Below, piece by piece: positions 39,101 through 53,389 of a stretch of DNA of 64,000 nucleotides. Origin of the DNA: Schmidtea polychroa (lineage: Eukaryota); assembly GCA_044892525.1 (NCBI GenBank), contig CM097885.1, positions 50,842,001 through 50,906,000 of the forward strand, written 5' to 3'. The notes beneath the pieces were generated by a model that searched no databases, was not told where the DNA came from, and saw only the letters and a program-made list of their open reading frames with translations. A program made the position numbers and the translations under genes. Every line of letters begins with the position of its first letter. Positions within the stretch are counted from its first letter, which is position 1.

Positions 39101-42100
39101 ATCATTTCTTGAGTTTACTATAGCGGTTACCCTTTATATTTCCTCCTTTCATTAACTATTATTGTTATCGTTGCCGTTTTTCTTGACTTAGTTCATTGTT
39201 TTACTTAGCGGTTTCTCTTCTTAAGTTTGAAACTATATTCACAGTTGTACTTGTATTGCCTCTCATCTGTACTTGACTCATTCCTTGTCATTTCTATAAC
39301 TCATTCTTAACTAGAATTTCCATTATTCTCCTTATATTCTCATTCATTCTCTTACCCGATTATCTAATATCAATTCATTTCTTGTCATTTCTACTAATAT
39401 ATCAAAATTTACCAATCTTATCATTCCTTAACTTGCCACTCTTTACCTTACAAATTTATAACTCGTTCGTTTCTGCATTCAAAACAATCAACTGAAACAA
39501 AATTCTTATCCCATTGGTCTCCGCTTTCGAGACTTATTAGAAATTCTTAATTTCCACGTTTCTACTTTTGAAACTTCAAAAATCATTATCTGGTCCGCTT
39601 CTACTTTTGAAACTTCCGAATGATGTACAATTCCTATTTCGTTGGTTGTGAATAACCATAATCCTAAATTTTCGTCGATGTTGAATTATCTATGTGGTCG
39701 TATCAATTATCTATGGGGTCGTTACAATTATCTGTAATTATCAATTATAATATCAATTGGTCGTTGTCCGTTGCTGCTAATTACCCCTCCTCATTTTCCT
39801 AGTATACTCTTGCGCAATTTCGCCATTTTACTTATCCTTTTATATCTAAGTCACCTATTACTCTTTACTCGGTTCTACTCTGGAACCAAAACAAGATTCG
39901 TTTATCCGGTTTAAACCAAAAAAAATTCTGTAGCACTTTGTCTACTTACCTGGGATCCCCTTTAATTAATTAATTATTTTCCTCTTTTACTCATCATCTA
40001 TTCACACTTATTCTTTATTTTCATTATCTCCTTAATTCATTTTCCTTTTCTGTTTCTCTTTCTCACAAAAAAAAATTTTTTTTTATTATCACCTTCCACG
40101 AGCTCGTTTAATCCTCCCTAAATTCGAATTCTCGTATCTAAATTCAATTCGTTTCTAGCTAGCTTTAATATCCTATCACTATTAGCTTAAATGTTATCCC
40201 ATTATTTTCCTAGGCCTTTACGACTGGCTGGCACTATTCAACAGCTCAATCTTCATTATCCTGACCGGCTGGACTTTTCACAACTCGGCCTTACGACTGG
40301 CTGGCACTATTGAACAGCTCAATCTTCATTATCCTGCCCGGCTGGACTTTTCACAACTCGGCCTTACGACTGGCTGGCACTATTCAACAGCTCAATCTTC
40401 ATTATCCTGACCGGCTGGACTTTTCACAACTCGGCCTTAATAATCCCTAACATGCATGTTTTATTCTCCATTTCTCCGTTTGTCCTAGGCTCACTATTTT
40501 TGTTGTCTTTACTTTAGTTATTGTGCACTTTCTAAACGTTTATCCCCCTGCATGCCTGTTCTTTACTGCTCTTACGGGTTTTCCTCACTCCCCTGACTCC
40601 GGATTCGCATCTATTATTCGCATCTATTATTCGCATCTATTATTCGCATCTATTATTCGTATCTAATATTCGCATCTATTATTCGCATCTATTATTCGCA
40701 TCTATTATTCGCATCTATTATTCGCATCTATTATTCGCATCTAGTATTCGCATCTATTATTCGCATCTAGTATTCGCATCTATTATTCGCATCTAGTATT
40801 TGCATCTAGTATTTGCATCTATTATTCGCATCTATTATTCGCATCAATTATTCGCTTTCCTTTGACTCTCTTTGTCCCTATCATTCTGCCTACCGGTTAT
40901 CTATCAATTTAGTCTTTAAGCTCTAATTGTTTCTCTTTACTTCGCTCTCTCTTTTCCCATTTACTTGGTCTTCTTTTTATTTCTCCTACATGCTTCTATT
41001 ACTACTCTTCCAGGTTTTCCCCACTCTCCTGACTCCGGATGCGAAACACTCGCACTGGTCGATCTCCGATCGTGTTTTGATCAGTCACACGCAGAGATGT
41101 TCCAGTATATGCGATGGGCCCTGTTCCACATCTTTCGTCAGGACAGTTGGTATTTTCCTGGGCCTTATCCGCACTACGCTGAGCGTAGCTCATATTTTGT
41201 GGATTTCCTAAATCCTAACAGAAAAATTTTTTCCTTATTCATTTGCTCTCAATTTTCATAATACTTTATTCTACTTATCTCGATTACTCTTGGTCCTTCT
41301 TCATTATTCTAAATATATCCACGTCTCTTGTCTGGTTAACGTTCTATTGCTATCTCTTTTACTCTCACCGCTTCGGTTGACTTGTTTCTCGTTAATATGC
41401 CCACTATTTCCTCAGGCAGATCCCTCTCGCATCACTCGTTAATATTTGTTTATCCATTTTATTCGTTATCCTTCTATTCGTTAATGGTTTATTTATTAAA
41501 CATCCCTGCTCAATTTTGTAATTTATCACGCTTCCGTATTTGTATATTTTCCTTAGCTTTGATTTTTTATGTTACCTCTCACTGATTTCCCCCGTCGTAA
41601 TGTTTCTCATTTCGTATATTTTACGTTTTCAAAGTTTGTTCGTTGTTTTTCTGTTTATGGGCCTCTTTGTTCCACTCCTTATATTTTATGTTTTTTACTT
41701 ATTTCCACGTCTATTTGCTATTTTACTTTTGGCACGTAACTTTGGTTGTTCATTTATTTTCATTATCTCATTTAATTGTTTATCTATGTCTACATATACA
41801 CGCATATACTTATACATATACCCTTATCCATAAACATATATTCATATACATATATCCACCTATATCCGGATATCTACATCTATACGCATTTCTCCCTAGC
41901 TGTTCGTGGAGTGGTTGATATTATTGCATTTATCGTTTCTGAATTTATTGAATCCCACAATTGCAACTTTTTGTTTCGTAATAAAAGTAGACAGTTCGTT
42001 CGTTTTTCATTATTGTAACTTTTTGTTCCATCGTAAAAGTAGGCAGTATGTTCGTTTTCCATAACTAAAACTTTTGTTCAATGTTTCTAATTGGTCTCAT

Positions 42101-45100
42101 TTTTGTTAGTGTCTCTTGTTATTTTAATTTTCCGTCTCATGATGTTAAGCTTTCACTTTTGTTCTATTATACTGTATCGCGTTTCATTTTATATTTGTTG
42201 TTTCTCGTAATTTTGATTTTTCATTCAAATGTCTTTGCCCTTGCTTTCTTTCTGTGAATTTGTTACTTGTTGTTTTCTGTTTGTTCATTTCGTTTTGTGT
42301 TTTCCTTGTCATTTTTATTGTGTTTATTTGTTCACATTCTATTTTGTTATATGTGCGCTCTTCATTTTCTGTCAATCATGTTTTTGTATAATTTTTCCCG
42401 ATTGTTCCTATTATTGCTCATGTCCATTTTGACTTTCATATTGTTCTTCCGTTTGTTGTTATCTTAGTTTGTTCTCATTTTTCCTCCGCGTCTTCGCCAA
42501 ATGTCGTCCCCGACATTCATTATTTGATTTATTTATTATCTTGTGTTCTCTGGGTTCTCAGTATTTTGTTCTCGTGTCCTCTCTACAATATTTGCCAAAC
42601 GTCCATTTCTCTGATTGATTTTCCTTACTCTTAAATAAACGTAGGTTTTAATGTTTTGATTTTTCGCATTATTTTATCTTTGTTTATGGTGATCGGTCCT
42701 CTACTTTTATTATATATCATTTTGGTTGGGGTGTATACACCGATATATGCAATTATTTATATACGATTGGTCCTCTTTTTGGCACTCAGTTCTGCCATGC
42801 TAATAGTTCATTGTTTTTTCTCTTTTGCGCAAAATACAGATACGGTGTTCTTCTGCTCATTCCACCTCCCTCTCGGAATATTTTACTCTTCATCTTATAA
42901 AACTTTTCTATGAATACTATGCTGGATTTATTTAACTATTTGTACTTCATCTTCAGCTCCTTGCATTTTCCTTTTCCCTTTTCCTTTTTCCCGTCTGATA
43001 TTCTCCGTTACATTCTGATCATATCTTTCTCTCCTTGATTTCCCCAGCTATTCCTATTAGTTCATTTACTTGCATATCATTTAAGTTGTTCTATTTCTCT
43101 TCCCTTTAGTTCAATTTTTCCTCTCTGGTCCTTGATTATTCTCACGAACAAATTCATTGTTCAAATTTTCGATTAGATTGTTCCTCCATGAGATTCCTTG
43201 CTTCTGTATAGCTAATGTTATTTACGATAATATGACGCTTTTCTGCTTCCATATTTCTCCTGTGGTGGTATTGGGATTGATTTCCATTGTGATCCATTGG
43301 GATCCGTTGTATTCTATTAATTCACCTACATTGATTCCTAACCTTTTATCTGAATTTTATTTCATTTTACTTCCCGAAGTTATATACTAATTATACCGCG
43401 CTGATATATATACTTATAATTTTATATAATCATATACCTTTATATATTCATTGTTCACACTATATATAGTTAGAACCCTTTCTATGTATGTGGGTTCGTA
43501 ATTCGTGATACTTTCTAGATCTCTTTTCACTGTTCTTAGTTTAGTGTTCTGTACTCTTTCATTTACTGTATATTTCACCCGTCTGGTTCTACTTGTTTCC
43601 CATTCTCTATCGTTGACGTTGGATAATTTTTCATACTTTGTTCCAGTTATTAATATGAGCATCGTACGTATAACTGTCTTGTATATTCTTATTACTTTGG
43701 CTAACCTTAAGCTCCCTGGTTTCTTTCGCTGGATCTTTTTCGTTGATATCCATCATGTTATTCTCGCATCTTGTATATTTACTTTCATTGATTTCTCTAT
43801 ATACCTTTTTATTCTCCCGAGTCGTTTACATAAGTTTTAGAATTCATTTTCTACGTTACTCTTGGTGTCTGTGATTTTCGCCTATTTTGCAAAGTTTTTC
43901 ACTGCCTTTTAACTTAGCTCCCGTGCCTTTGTCACGGAGATTTTATTTCGATTTATTTTTGCTCCATTTTTATACTGTGATTTTATTTTTTAACAGTTAT
44001 TCTCGATTGTCTTTGGTTCAGATTTATTTTTCGAGTTACCAGCAAGTTTTATCCCTTCATCTATCTTACAGACAAGTTTAGTTCTTGTTTTTGTTCTTTT
44101 ACTTAACGCTTTTGTTCATGCTAGGTGTTGATGATATATAGTTATTATTTCTATTCGTGATGTTTCGATGTCTTTCCATGTCTTCACTTTCTTTTACTTT
44201 CAGTAAAATCTGTTGATTCGCTCTGTTTCGTCTGGTAAACTCATCTCTTTATTTATAATGTGGTTCGTCTCAGATTCACATTTGCAGAAGCTAAGGCATG
44301 GTTATCATTTGCTTTATTTATCGTTTGGTGCTTTGTTATCTGTCGAGTCTTATCGTATTTTTTATTTGAATGTTTATTCAATCGTTTTTAGGGTTTAATC
44401 TTTTCCTTTTACCGATGCCTTTTAACATCCTTGAGTACTCTACCCTTGGTTTGGTATGTGTAGAATGTATTACCTGTAGAGTATAATTGGTTTAAGCATT
44501 CATTATCATACACTGTATGTATCGACAACTCAATATCAGAATCATATGTAGCTTGCTTTTTCATAAACCCCCTAATCCATACATTCTTATATATCATATG
44601 CATATAATCATTCGTACTATTACATCTTCATCTATCAGTGTACCTTCCAAGAAGTTTCCATACTACGAAGACCATCACTACATTCATTCACCAATTTGGC
44701 AATATTTGCTCAAAAATTCACATTTCATAGTTTTATAACATAAATATTATCACGAGTCAGAACAATCATTCCACAACAAAACTCAAAACAGACTACTAAT
44801 TCATCATTCCAATGCAATTTAATCAACGAAGAATATCTCTATTTGTGCCCACAAAAGCAATACATTGATTATCCCATTACTGATTAACAATAATTATTTA
44901 AGTGCATATAAATTTATATACAAGTACAAAATGCCATAGTAACATAATTAATAATTATTTTCATGCATGCAAATTTGACAATTTTCTGTTTTATTTTAAC
45001 CAATTAAATCAAAAATAGAAAGCCATACATAATTTTATTGAAAACTGAATTTTAAAATACTTATAAAACATTAATTAGTAAAGATTCAATTAGTAAAGTC

Positions 45101-48100
45101 CACAAAATCAATGAAAAATATATATAACCATTCCAAGCCGCTCTCTTGAAAATAAAGAAACAATCCACCGGAACAAAGCCACGGCGCAACTGAAGCCGAC
45201 ACACCAACCGGCACTCGGCCATCACTCGATCACATAAACAATCATATTAAAGATTCTTCCCTAAATTCTTGATATTTTAGATAAACCATGAAAAATTCAA
45301 TGCACATAAGAACAAATAAATAAATATCTTACTTCTTTATTCATTATTTTTACAAGAATCTTAAAATTAACTAAATCCAAAACAAAGCCCATCCGGCAAA
45401 GCCAAACGAATGTCTCATTTATGATAATCAAATGCGCTTTGGGGTAATGAGTACATTACCGAGATTACATACCTTCACTAATTACACCTAAATCCAGAAT
45501 ATCAGAAAAATAAACTGACTATCAACGCATTGATGGATTTGATGTGGGAAAAAATTCAAATGGATATTCATTAATGGGTTTTCATGTACGATTTGATCGT
45601 CGCTCAAAGTTTTATTTGACATCGACAAAAGCAACGAAACGAACCGAGAGAATTACTATGAATCGAAGAACTAATCAAATTTCCAGCATCATTTTCAAAA
45701 GTAAATGTTCGAATTATTATTCCAATTGATAGACATGTTAACATCAATAAAAACAAATTCCATTTTCGTTTTGTAAATCTCATAAAATTTCAATTTCATC
45801 TGAACACTACAGCAAAAATCCAAATCTACAAGAAATGAAATCTAAAATCAAGAAATAAATAATTGTTTCACATCGCGTTTCTGATTGGCTGATTTTCATA
45901 AACGTAAGCAATCCATACATGTACATTGCATCCAAATGCGCACACCAACTTTCGAGCACACACCACAACTCCAACCGGGACAGAACAGGCATGCACACAT
46001 GCCATGCCATGCCGCCGGCGCGCACACTATACAATTATATATTCAATCTAGACTGTCGTAGAGCTTGAGTTGTAAAATCCGGAATATTTTATTACTACAC
46101 ACACACACACATTTTTCAGATATTACCTCAAGCCGACAACAGACAGCCGGTGTTGTCGGCAAATATTTTCAGTCTTTAATCTTGATTTTGAATCATTCAA
46201 CAACGCCAGCGGTAGACTTAAAAGCACTAGAAAAAAAATCATTGACTATGCACCACCACACCAGTCGTTAAATACCAACAAGCTATCGCTGGAAGCGCAG
46301 TTACAATTAATTTTTATAGCTGCTCAGGAACCATACACACGACTACACCGATTTCAGACACTTCACAACCAATCCAACTCCATCCATCCGACACAAGGCC
46401 AATCCGACTCAAATATGCGAGTTGAAACAAAAAATACTTCAACACTGCTTTGCAAAACAAATCATCATGCACACAATTCTCAGGCAACTACTCAAACATG
46501 TTCTATCATAACATTGTGTTGGTAATTATTCAAGTGTTCTGGTTGCTATATTTCACTGCACAATAGACAACATTTTTATTTTGAGAAAATTAGAAAAAAA
46601 TTTTATTATAACCTTAGAAATTTAATGTTCGAAATATGTTTAAAAATCAGATACACTTTGATAATATTATAAAAGCCTTTTTCAATTTTCATCTATGATT
46701 TTATTTTTCTTTTCAGAATCCCGGCTGAGCCCCCAAAAATCATGTTGGTTACTTAGGGGTGTGTCATTTTTACATTTTAAAATACGTTAGGGGTAATCAT
46801 AATCGTTCGACTCTTTCCTAAGCACCTCCATGACTATTGCAATTTAAACCATTTGTGTACCCATGGCGACGACCATGTTGGTACTGTACACAAAGGTGAA
46901 AAAACAATGAGCAGGTGAGCTCTATTGCTAAAACTACTCCCCATTGTATTTTCTCTTCGGGTTCTAGACGGCCGATAGAAGGTCTTACGTCATTGATCAT
47001 TTTCTATTTCTACTTTTCTATCTCAATCGGTTATGGTCCTCATTTCTAGATGTTTCCTATTGTTTCTTTTCAAAATTTTGTGCAGGGATGCGCCCTTATT
47101 TTTCTATTAATAAATGTGGCTAGGTATTTTCCTTGATATTTATGAATATTTAACCTATCTCGCAAAAAATTTGAGCAGGATCGGCCCTTATTTTCAAGTT
47201 AATCCACACTTGCCATAATATTTAAATTGTTCTTCAAAAATTTTTTTTTTGAGCAGGGATCTGCCGGTGTTTCTAATCCTGAGCTGTCGGAAAAATTACC
47301 TAAATCTAACTTTATCTATCTTCAACTGGTCTCAACTATTCCATCTTTGCTCCTAACTCACTTATGTCTATAAAACCTAAAGGTGACTAAGCCACCTACA
47401 TTATCTAAATCTAAACAAGACCCTAAACGACCTAAAATGACATTACACTCCCCAATCATTCCTATCACTATCTATATCCTCTAACCCGATGGACTCAACC
47501 GGCGAAATATCTGCCGACCAACAGCACGTAGTGCCGCCCGTCCACAAACTTTTCCCCAGCCCAGACCATCGACACAATCAACAAATAATACAATTGAATT
47601 CAATAAAAACTATTATTTAGAACTTGAAACTAAATGAAATTAAACCATTAAAAAGGATCACTAAAGAAAATTTAACTGAGACATTAATAGCAAAATTTTA
47701 TTAATTAAAAACACTTCGTAAAAATTACAATAAGAATAAAAATAAATTACCAAATCCACGATGGCATAAAATCGAAAACTGAGAGCTTTACTGTCTGCAA
47801 ATTACATTGTGGTGCTGAAAAAAAACAAGTTCTTCAAATGAATTTGCGATCAGTATTTATACTGATTTTGAATGCGCATTCATGCATGCGCTGTCACTCT
47901 ATCCAATCAGAGTGCGAGAAATTTTGAATTGATTTTGCACACATGCATGAATGTGTGTAATTATTTATTTAATTTTAATTTCATTAATTAATTATTTAAT
48001 TTTTTATTACTTTTAATAATTTAATTTTATAAATTTTATAATTTAAATAATTTGAGTTATTTTAATTTTTATTAATTTAAACACTTTTATTCTTTAAATT

Positions 48101-51100
48101 TAATAAGTTATATAATTCTAACCATTTAATTCTATAACTTTGCAATTTACCTACTGTTAACTAATTTTATTATTTTGACGATTTAATTTTTATATCGTTT
48201 AATTAATTTTCAAATAATTCTATTTTACATTTTATTATTTTCCTATCGGAATTTTTAAGTGTTGAATTTTTCTGTCAAATTTATTTATCTCTTTATTCTA
48301 TTATACGGGGTTTATTGATTCTTAATGTGTGATGTAACTTATTTTATTCATTTTATATTAAATCTTGATCATAGATTATTTTCAAATTTGCGGTTTTTGG
48401 GTTAGGTATTTTCGATCGATTAAAACAAACTCTCAGTTCTCGTTTTCAGCCCAACAATACCATTATATATTATAAATTTTATAATTTTTCTTAAAAATAT
48501 ATTTTAAAAATTTTAATTTTAATAATCATATTTATATTTTGGATTTACCTAAATATTAATATTCTTAATAATTAATAACGTACGTTCCAATTTATTTGAC
48601 GACATTACTTAATTTACAACAAAATCTATTTAAAAACATTCGAATTATCTTGTTTGGCAGATGGAATCAAACTTCCAACTGTAATTATTTTTAAAAGGAA
48701 GACACTGTCTAAGGGCATGAAATTTCTCAGTGGTGTTCTTATTCGTGCACACCCAAAAGGCTGGATGGATGACAATGGGACAAAGGATTGGTTAGAAAAT
48801 GTTTGGAATAAAAGACAAAGCGGACTATTAAAGAAACCAGCAATGCTTATTTGGGATATGTTTAGAGAACACAAGACAGACTATGTGAAGAAATTGGCCA
48901 AGAAAATCAACACTTCATTGGCAGTAATTCCTGATGGGCTAACCTCAGTTTTGCAGCCTTTGGATGTTTCCCTGAACAAACCTTTTAAAGACAAGTTAAG
49001 AACCATGTAGTTTCACTGGATGATTTTTGGGACAGGTGAATCAACAAAAGGTGGGAATTTGAAGAAGCAAAGCATTGATTTGGTGACTCAGTGGGTCAAG
49101 GTTGCATGGGCCACAATTTCACCGGAAATGATTAAAAAATCATTTCAGAAGTGCTGTATTAGCAATGCTTTAGATGGCACTGAAGATGATCTCATTTTCG
49201 ATTCATACAATGAACTTGATGATGAAATGCAATGTTCAGAGGACTCAGAAATGGACATTTACGATAACATTTTACCAATGAACTGATAGGGGAAATGTCT
49301 GTTGTTCACAGAAAACATTTTGCTATTTATTCTAATCTGAAAAATACTTTTTGTAATGTTTCTTAGTTAATTGCATAATTTGAAATAAATTATATATTAC
49401 CCAAAATATCATTTTTAATAGGTCGGCTTATACGCGGGTCATCTATTTTTGACATTTTAATCAACCAAATTTGGGGGTTCAGCTTATATATGAGTAAATA
49501 CGGTAAATGAAATGATAAGATAATCCTTTACCGCAAAATATGTATTAAATTAAACGAGAAAATTTAATTTAATACATATTTTGAAGCAAAGGCTTATATA
49601 TAATAATAATAATAATACAGGGTTATGCATTTTTATATACCCATATATGCAATTTTATATACCCATATATGAGTGTTAAAATGTAATAAATTAAAAAATC
49701 TTAAATTTTGTTAATAAATATTTATTTAAATAAATGATTTTCTTCTTCGAGCCTTTTCTACCCAATTTCTCATATTGTGTTAAAATCCTAAACATTGAAT
49801 AGAATAATTTTTACTAGATAATATTTCATCTAAAACAAATACAATCTATATATTAGGTTGCAAATTTTTCAAAGCATGATAACTTGATTTTAACATTGAA
49901 AAAATTCTTCAATTGGATTTAATTCAGGTGAATAAAGTACCAAATATATAAATAAAATATTATTTTCCCTTAGAACTTGCAGAACAACTTGGGTTTTATG
50001 AAATCTTGCATTATCCATAATAAAAACTTTGTTGGGATGAGTTCTAAAATATGGAACCAGATATAAATTAATAAATTTAATAAAGCTTTTAGAATTAAAA
50101 GCGCCATTTTTATACTTGTATGCAATTACTCCTTCAAGTCTAATAGAGCTTCTATTTATACCTCGATTGGCAGGTACAGTTATATAGGCCTTAGTATTTT
50201 CGGCTGAATAGTCATAAGAACTAGCTGTATGCTTATTAAACCCTGTTTCATCTAGAAAAGCCAAATTTTATTCAGAAAATCTTTAAATTTTCATAGCATA
50301 AATTGCTCTCTTCGATTTTTTCGAGAGTATTTCTTTCTTGAGGAACTAAGCTTAATCTTTTTCTGGTTATTCCAATAGATTTCAATTTTCTTGAAATAGT
50401 AGACTGAGATATTTCTTTTTGATGCTGACTTTGCACTACATTTTGCAATTCCTTTTGTATTAGTGAATTATTGTTTGATTGACATCAGAAAGAACATTAT
50501 TTCTTTGCAAGTTTCCTTTCTTTTTTCAGATGAAGATTTGAATGGTTCAGACTTTTCATGAGAAGATAGAATTCTACCAACAGTTTTTCTGTTTAATGAG
50601 AGAGATTAAGAAATATTAGATATTGTCTGATTTACATTTAGACTCATATTTATAACAATATCATAAATTTCTTTAGTGATATTTTTTCGCTGCTTTCGCT
50701 TCATTTTTTTCGAGTATATATATTTAATAAATATAAAATCAATTTATTTATGGGTATATAAAATTGCATAAATGGGTATATAAAAATGCATAACCTTGTA
50801 ATAATAATAATTGTTAATAATTTAAGTCTAACTAATATTCAAAAAACATTGCTTAATAATTGGTATTATTCAAACAACCGATTTAAATGACAAGTTAATT
50901 GATTTAATAATAATGATGATTATGCGTAGCCAGCATTTATACTTATTATACTTTTACTATATAATAGGATTTGTTACTTATAATACAATATATATTTTAT
51001 TCATAAATTAGTTATTTAAATATCCCTAGTAAACAAATACTAAATCAATAATAATAAATTTATTTTTACAATTTCAATTTTAATGAATTCACTTAATTAA

Positions 51101-52364
51101 ATGAATTTATACAAATCTATTTACTATGTGACATTAATCGATTTATATTCTCAGAGTGAATTTTCCCTTTAAAATAAAGTTGTTGAGGATACCTAAATAA
51201 CAATTTACAAATAAATAAATAAAATTAGATGGGGGAAGATCGCCATGACAAACTGGACCATCTATTGGAACGCAGAAAAGGAAACGGAAGTAAAAAGTAG
51301 TTAAAAATGAGAAAGATAAAGGAAATAAAAGGAATCAAGTAGGAAAATGAAAACCAAGGTCAGTACTAATTAATTAGTACAAAAAGGAAAAGGAATTTTG
51401 AAATCGCGGAAAAAGGAAAACAATATCCTTATCTCGACAGCTTTCCAGTGATAACAGAATTGATGGTAGAAGGCGGTCAAACAAAAAAGGGAAAAAGGGA
51501 AAATAACTTGACAGCTGTCAAAGACAAAAATGAGACAGTCGGGGAAAGCAGGAGAGGGAAAATGGAAAAAACACTTGATTATCTGGAGTGCCACAAGAGA
51601 AGCAAAATATATAAGGGAAAACTGGAGAACAAAATGGGGGGAATAAAATTAGAGACAAAAGTGACGCGAAATTGAAACAATTTGGAAGACGATTTGAGAG
51701 ATAAAATTATTGAGGAAAATTAGACGTTGGACAAACGATTGTCAAAAATAATTGTAAAGGAAATAATTGTGGAGAAGAGTTGAAGAAAAGAATTAGTTGA
51801 AATATAAAACGAAAAGAAGTTATTTGATTATTTGAATAAAGTTGTGAAGAAAGTCAAAGAAAACAACCAGCTTAAAATCCCAGTTAAGAAACTAATCAGT
51901 AATTTGTGATCTTTTAATCCGGTGCTATACACAAGTGCTATTCCTTACCGAGTGTTGCAATAAGCATTGTATAGTCACCAAGCAGAGTGTTGAATTTATT
52001 GTCAGTGTAAAGAGAAATTTTATCTGTTGTTTTAAAATGGCTAAAAAAAATCAATTATAAATCAGTGATTCCCAAATGGGTTCCGTGGGATAATGAGCTC
52101 TGACACAATATTTCCTAATTCTATATTTTCGAATGTAACTCAAATTTTTCGTCCATTCGTCAAATTTCATCAAAAAAATTGAAACGTACGTTATTGATTT
52201 CAATCAAATTCATCTAAAAATCGCGAAAGATTGGCATTAAATTAAAAAAAAAATTATTTCCAATGCAAACACTGATATAAATCGAAAGTTAATTCCGTAT
52301 TGCATATTTCAGGTACGTTAAAGACGAAGAGGGAAGAAATAAAATCCGAAAAGAAAATTTATAA
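33192..52364 (+). CDS. MPC1: mitochondrial pyruvate carrier 1; exons 33192-33259, 33314-33317, 33362-33458, 33513-33645, 52313-52364 (117 aa)
   Basis: Spliced translation [117 protein letters not shown]; all introns GT-AG. The last exon is inferred from phase and acceptor fit and is less certain. Confidence 0.93.
33885..34120. mobile_element. fold-back MITE
   Basis: Perfect ~31-bp inverted core TTATTAAAAAGAGCTTGAAGACTATAAATCA inside longer imperfect arms; a related half-copy lies at ~10850-10970. Confidence 0.75.
36800..38700 (-). pseudogene. degenerate gag (and possible protease remnant)
   Basis: 37631-37590 translates [14 protein letters not shown], i.e. CX2CX4HX4C spacing with the first Cys lost. 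Flanks are K/E/R-rich broken frames. Confidence 0.6.
40213..40439. repeat. 3 x 73-bp tandem repeat
   Basis: Units start at 40213, 40287 and 40360; nearly identical. Confidence 0.95.
40603..40855. repeat. 13-bp minisatellite (ATTCGCATCTATT), ~19 copies
   Basis: Direct reading. Confidence 0.95.
46718..46735 (-). promoter_or_regulatory. primer-binding site, tRNA-Pro type
   Basis: Minus strand TGGGGGCTCAGCCGGGAT vs canonical PBS-Pro TGGGGGCTCGTCCGGGAT (16/18), 7 nt from the LTR end. Confidence 0.85.
48650..49503 (+). mobile_element. 5'-truncated pogo/Tc2-type DNA transposon
   Basis: DDE_1 fragment ([48 protein letters not shown]) with an internal stop; end GAGTAAATACGG+TA. Confidence 0.88.
49618..50798 (-). 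mobile_element. Tc1/IS630-family element with DD34E transposase pseudogene (50704-49726)
   Basis: ~50-bp TIRs CAGGGTTATGCATTTTTATATACCCAT; TA TSD within a (TAA)n tract; motifs [25 protein letters not shown] with 34 residues between D and E. Confidence 0.93.
51181..52030. mobile_element. truncated solo LTR, inverted relative of 31082-32060
   Basis: TGTTGAGGATACCTAAATAA start and collinear reverse-complement similarity. Confidence 0.8.
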
Positions 52365-53229
52365 ATTCATTTCAGATTTATTTTTTTAAATGATATTATT
52401 TATTGCGTTTAGATTATGTAATTCTAGGAATTCAATTTCTTTACTTGTAGAGACAATATTTTTCAATTGAAAAATTGTTTGTTTCCTGCAGTTTATTTCA
52501 ATTGTAAAATTCAGATTATTCTTATTTAATTTAATTATTTAATTTGTAAAATATTGTTATTGTTACAATTGCTGATACGACTGATATTTATTTACATTTA
52601 ATTACAAATATCAGATTTATGCAATTTTATTTTATCTGCTTTTGTAGAACAAAAAATAAACAATAAATAAGGTCAAAATAGTTAAAATTTTTGTTTGTTG
52701 TATCAGTTGTTCTCAATTTTTTTTTGACTCTGACTTCAAATTTTAAAATATTATTTTGTCCTTTTAGCTCTATAATAAATGAACATGAAGAAAATCAAGT
52801 AGAGTTCATATTATATATTAAGCCAATTGAAAATTAAAAAATTGTGATTTTCGATTGTAATTTTTTGGACTATTTTTTCTTATATTAGAGCATTAAATGA
52901 AATTCAGACAAAGATTAATGTACATTAATGATTGAAATTTGGTGTAATGTGAATTAAATGTGGGTCAGTGCTATAAATATGACATTATCGTAGCTCAAAA
53001 CTAGTAACCAAATTTCTCTATGCTTACGGATTGTTCATAAAGAACGTCCACGTATATATGGCTCTTTTCATTACACTCTTTTCCAGTGTTTAAGTCCGCA
53101 ATATCGCATTTACAGATTTTTATACTAGAATTGTAATTGTAATTTCAATATGCTACGCTCACTGATCTCATCAAAACAAAGAAAAATTTAGAAAGTTCTA
53201 CTCTTTATTCAAAATTTGTGATATATAGG

Positions 53230-53356
53230 CAGTGATGGGATTCAATTTTCTTGGGAACCGGTACGCTTACCAAAATTTTTTATTGATTTGTTAAGTGAAA
53301 AATACTCACGCACCTACTAGAACTTTTTACGGCGTACCGGCTGAATCCCATCACTT
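53230..53356. mobile_element. hAT-type MITE
   Basis: TIRs CAGTGATGGGATTCA / TGAATCCCATCACT; 8-bp TSD TATATAGG/AATATAGG (7/8). Confidence 0.8.
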
Positions 53357-53389
53357 AATATAGGTAAAAGGAATCTGAGATGGTATAAG

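Larger units (their letters stand above)
34397..48456 (-). mobile_element. non-autonomous Gypsy-type LTR retrotransposon in MPC1 intron 4
   Basis: 5' LTR 48456-46743 and 3' LTR 36054-~34397 (homologous only to ~34680); tRNA-Pro-type PBS; degenerate gag with a zinc knuckle; no RT or integrase motif seen; no TSD. Confidence 0.85.

Noticed and set aside
40213..40855. Tandem arrays as a CRISPR array
   Set aside because: The would-be spacers are identical between units, the context is eukaryotic and there are no cas genes.
36736..44738. Many plus-strand F/L/I/S-rich ORFs as membrane proteins
   Set aside because: They are antisense shadows of the A-rich degenerate retroelement coding strand.
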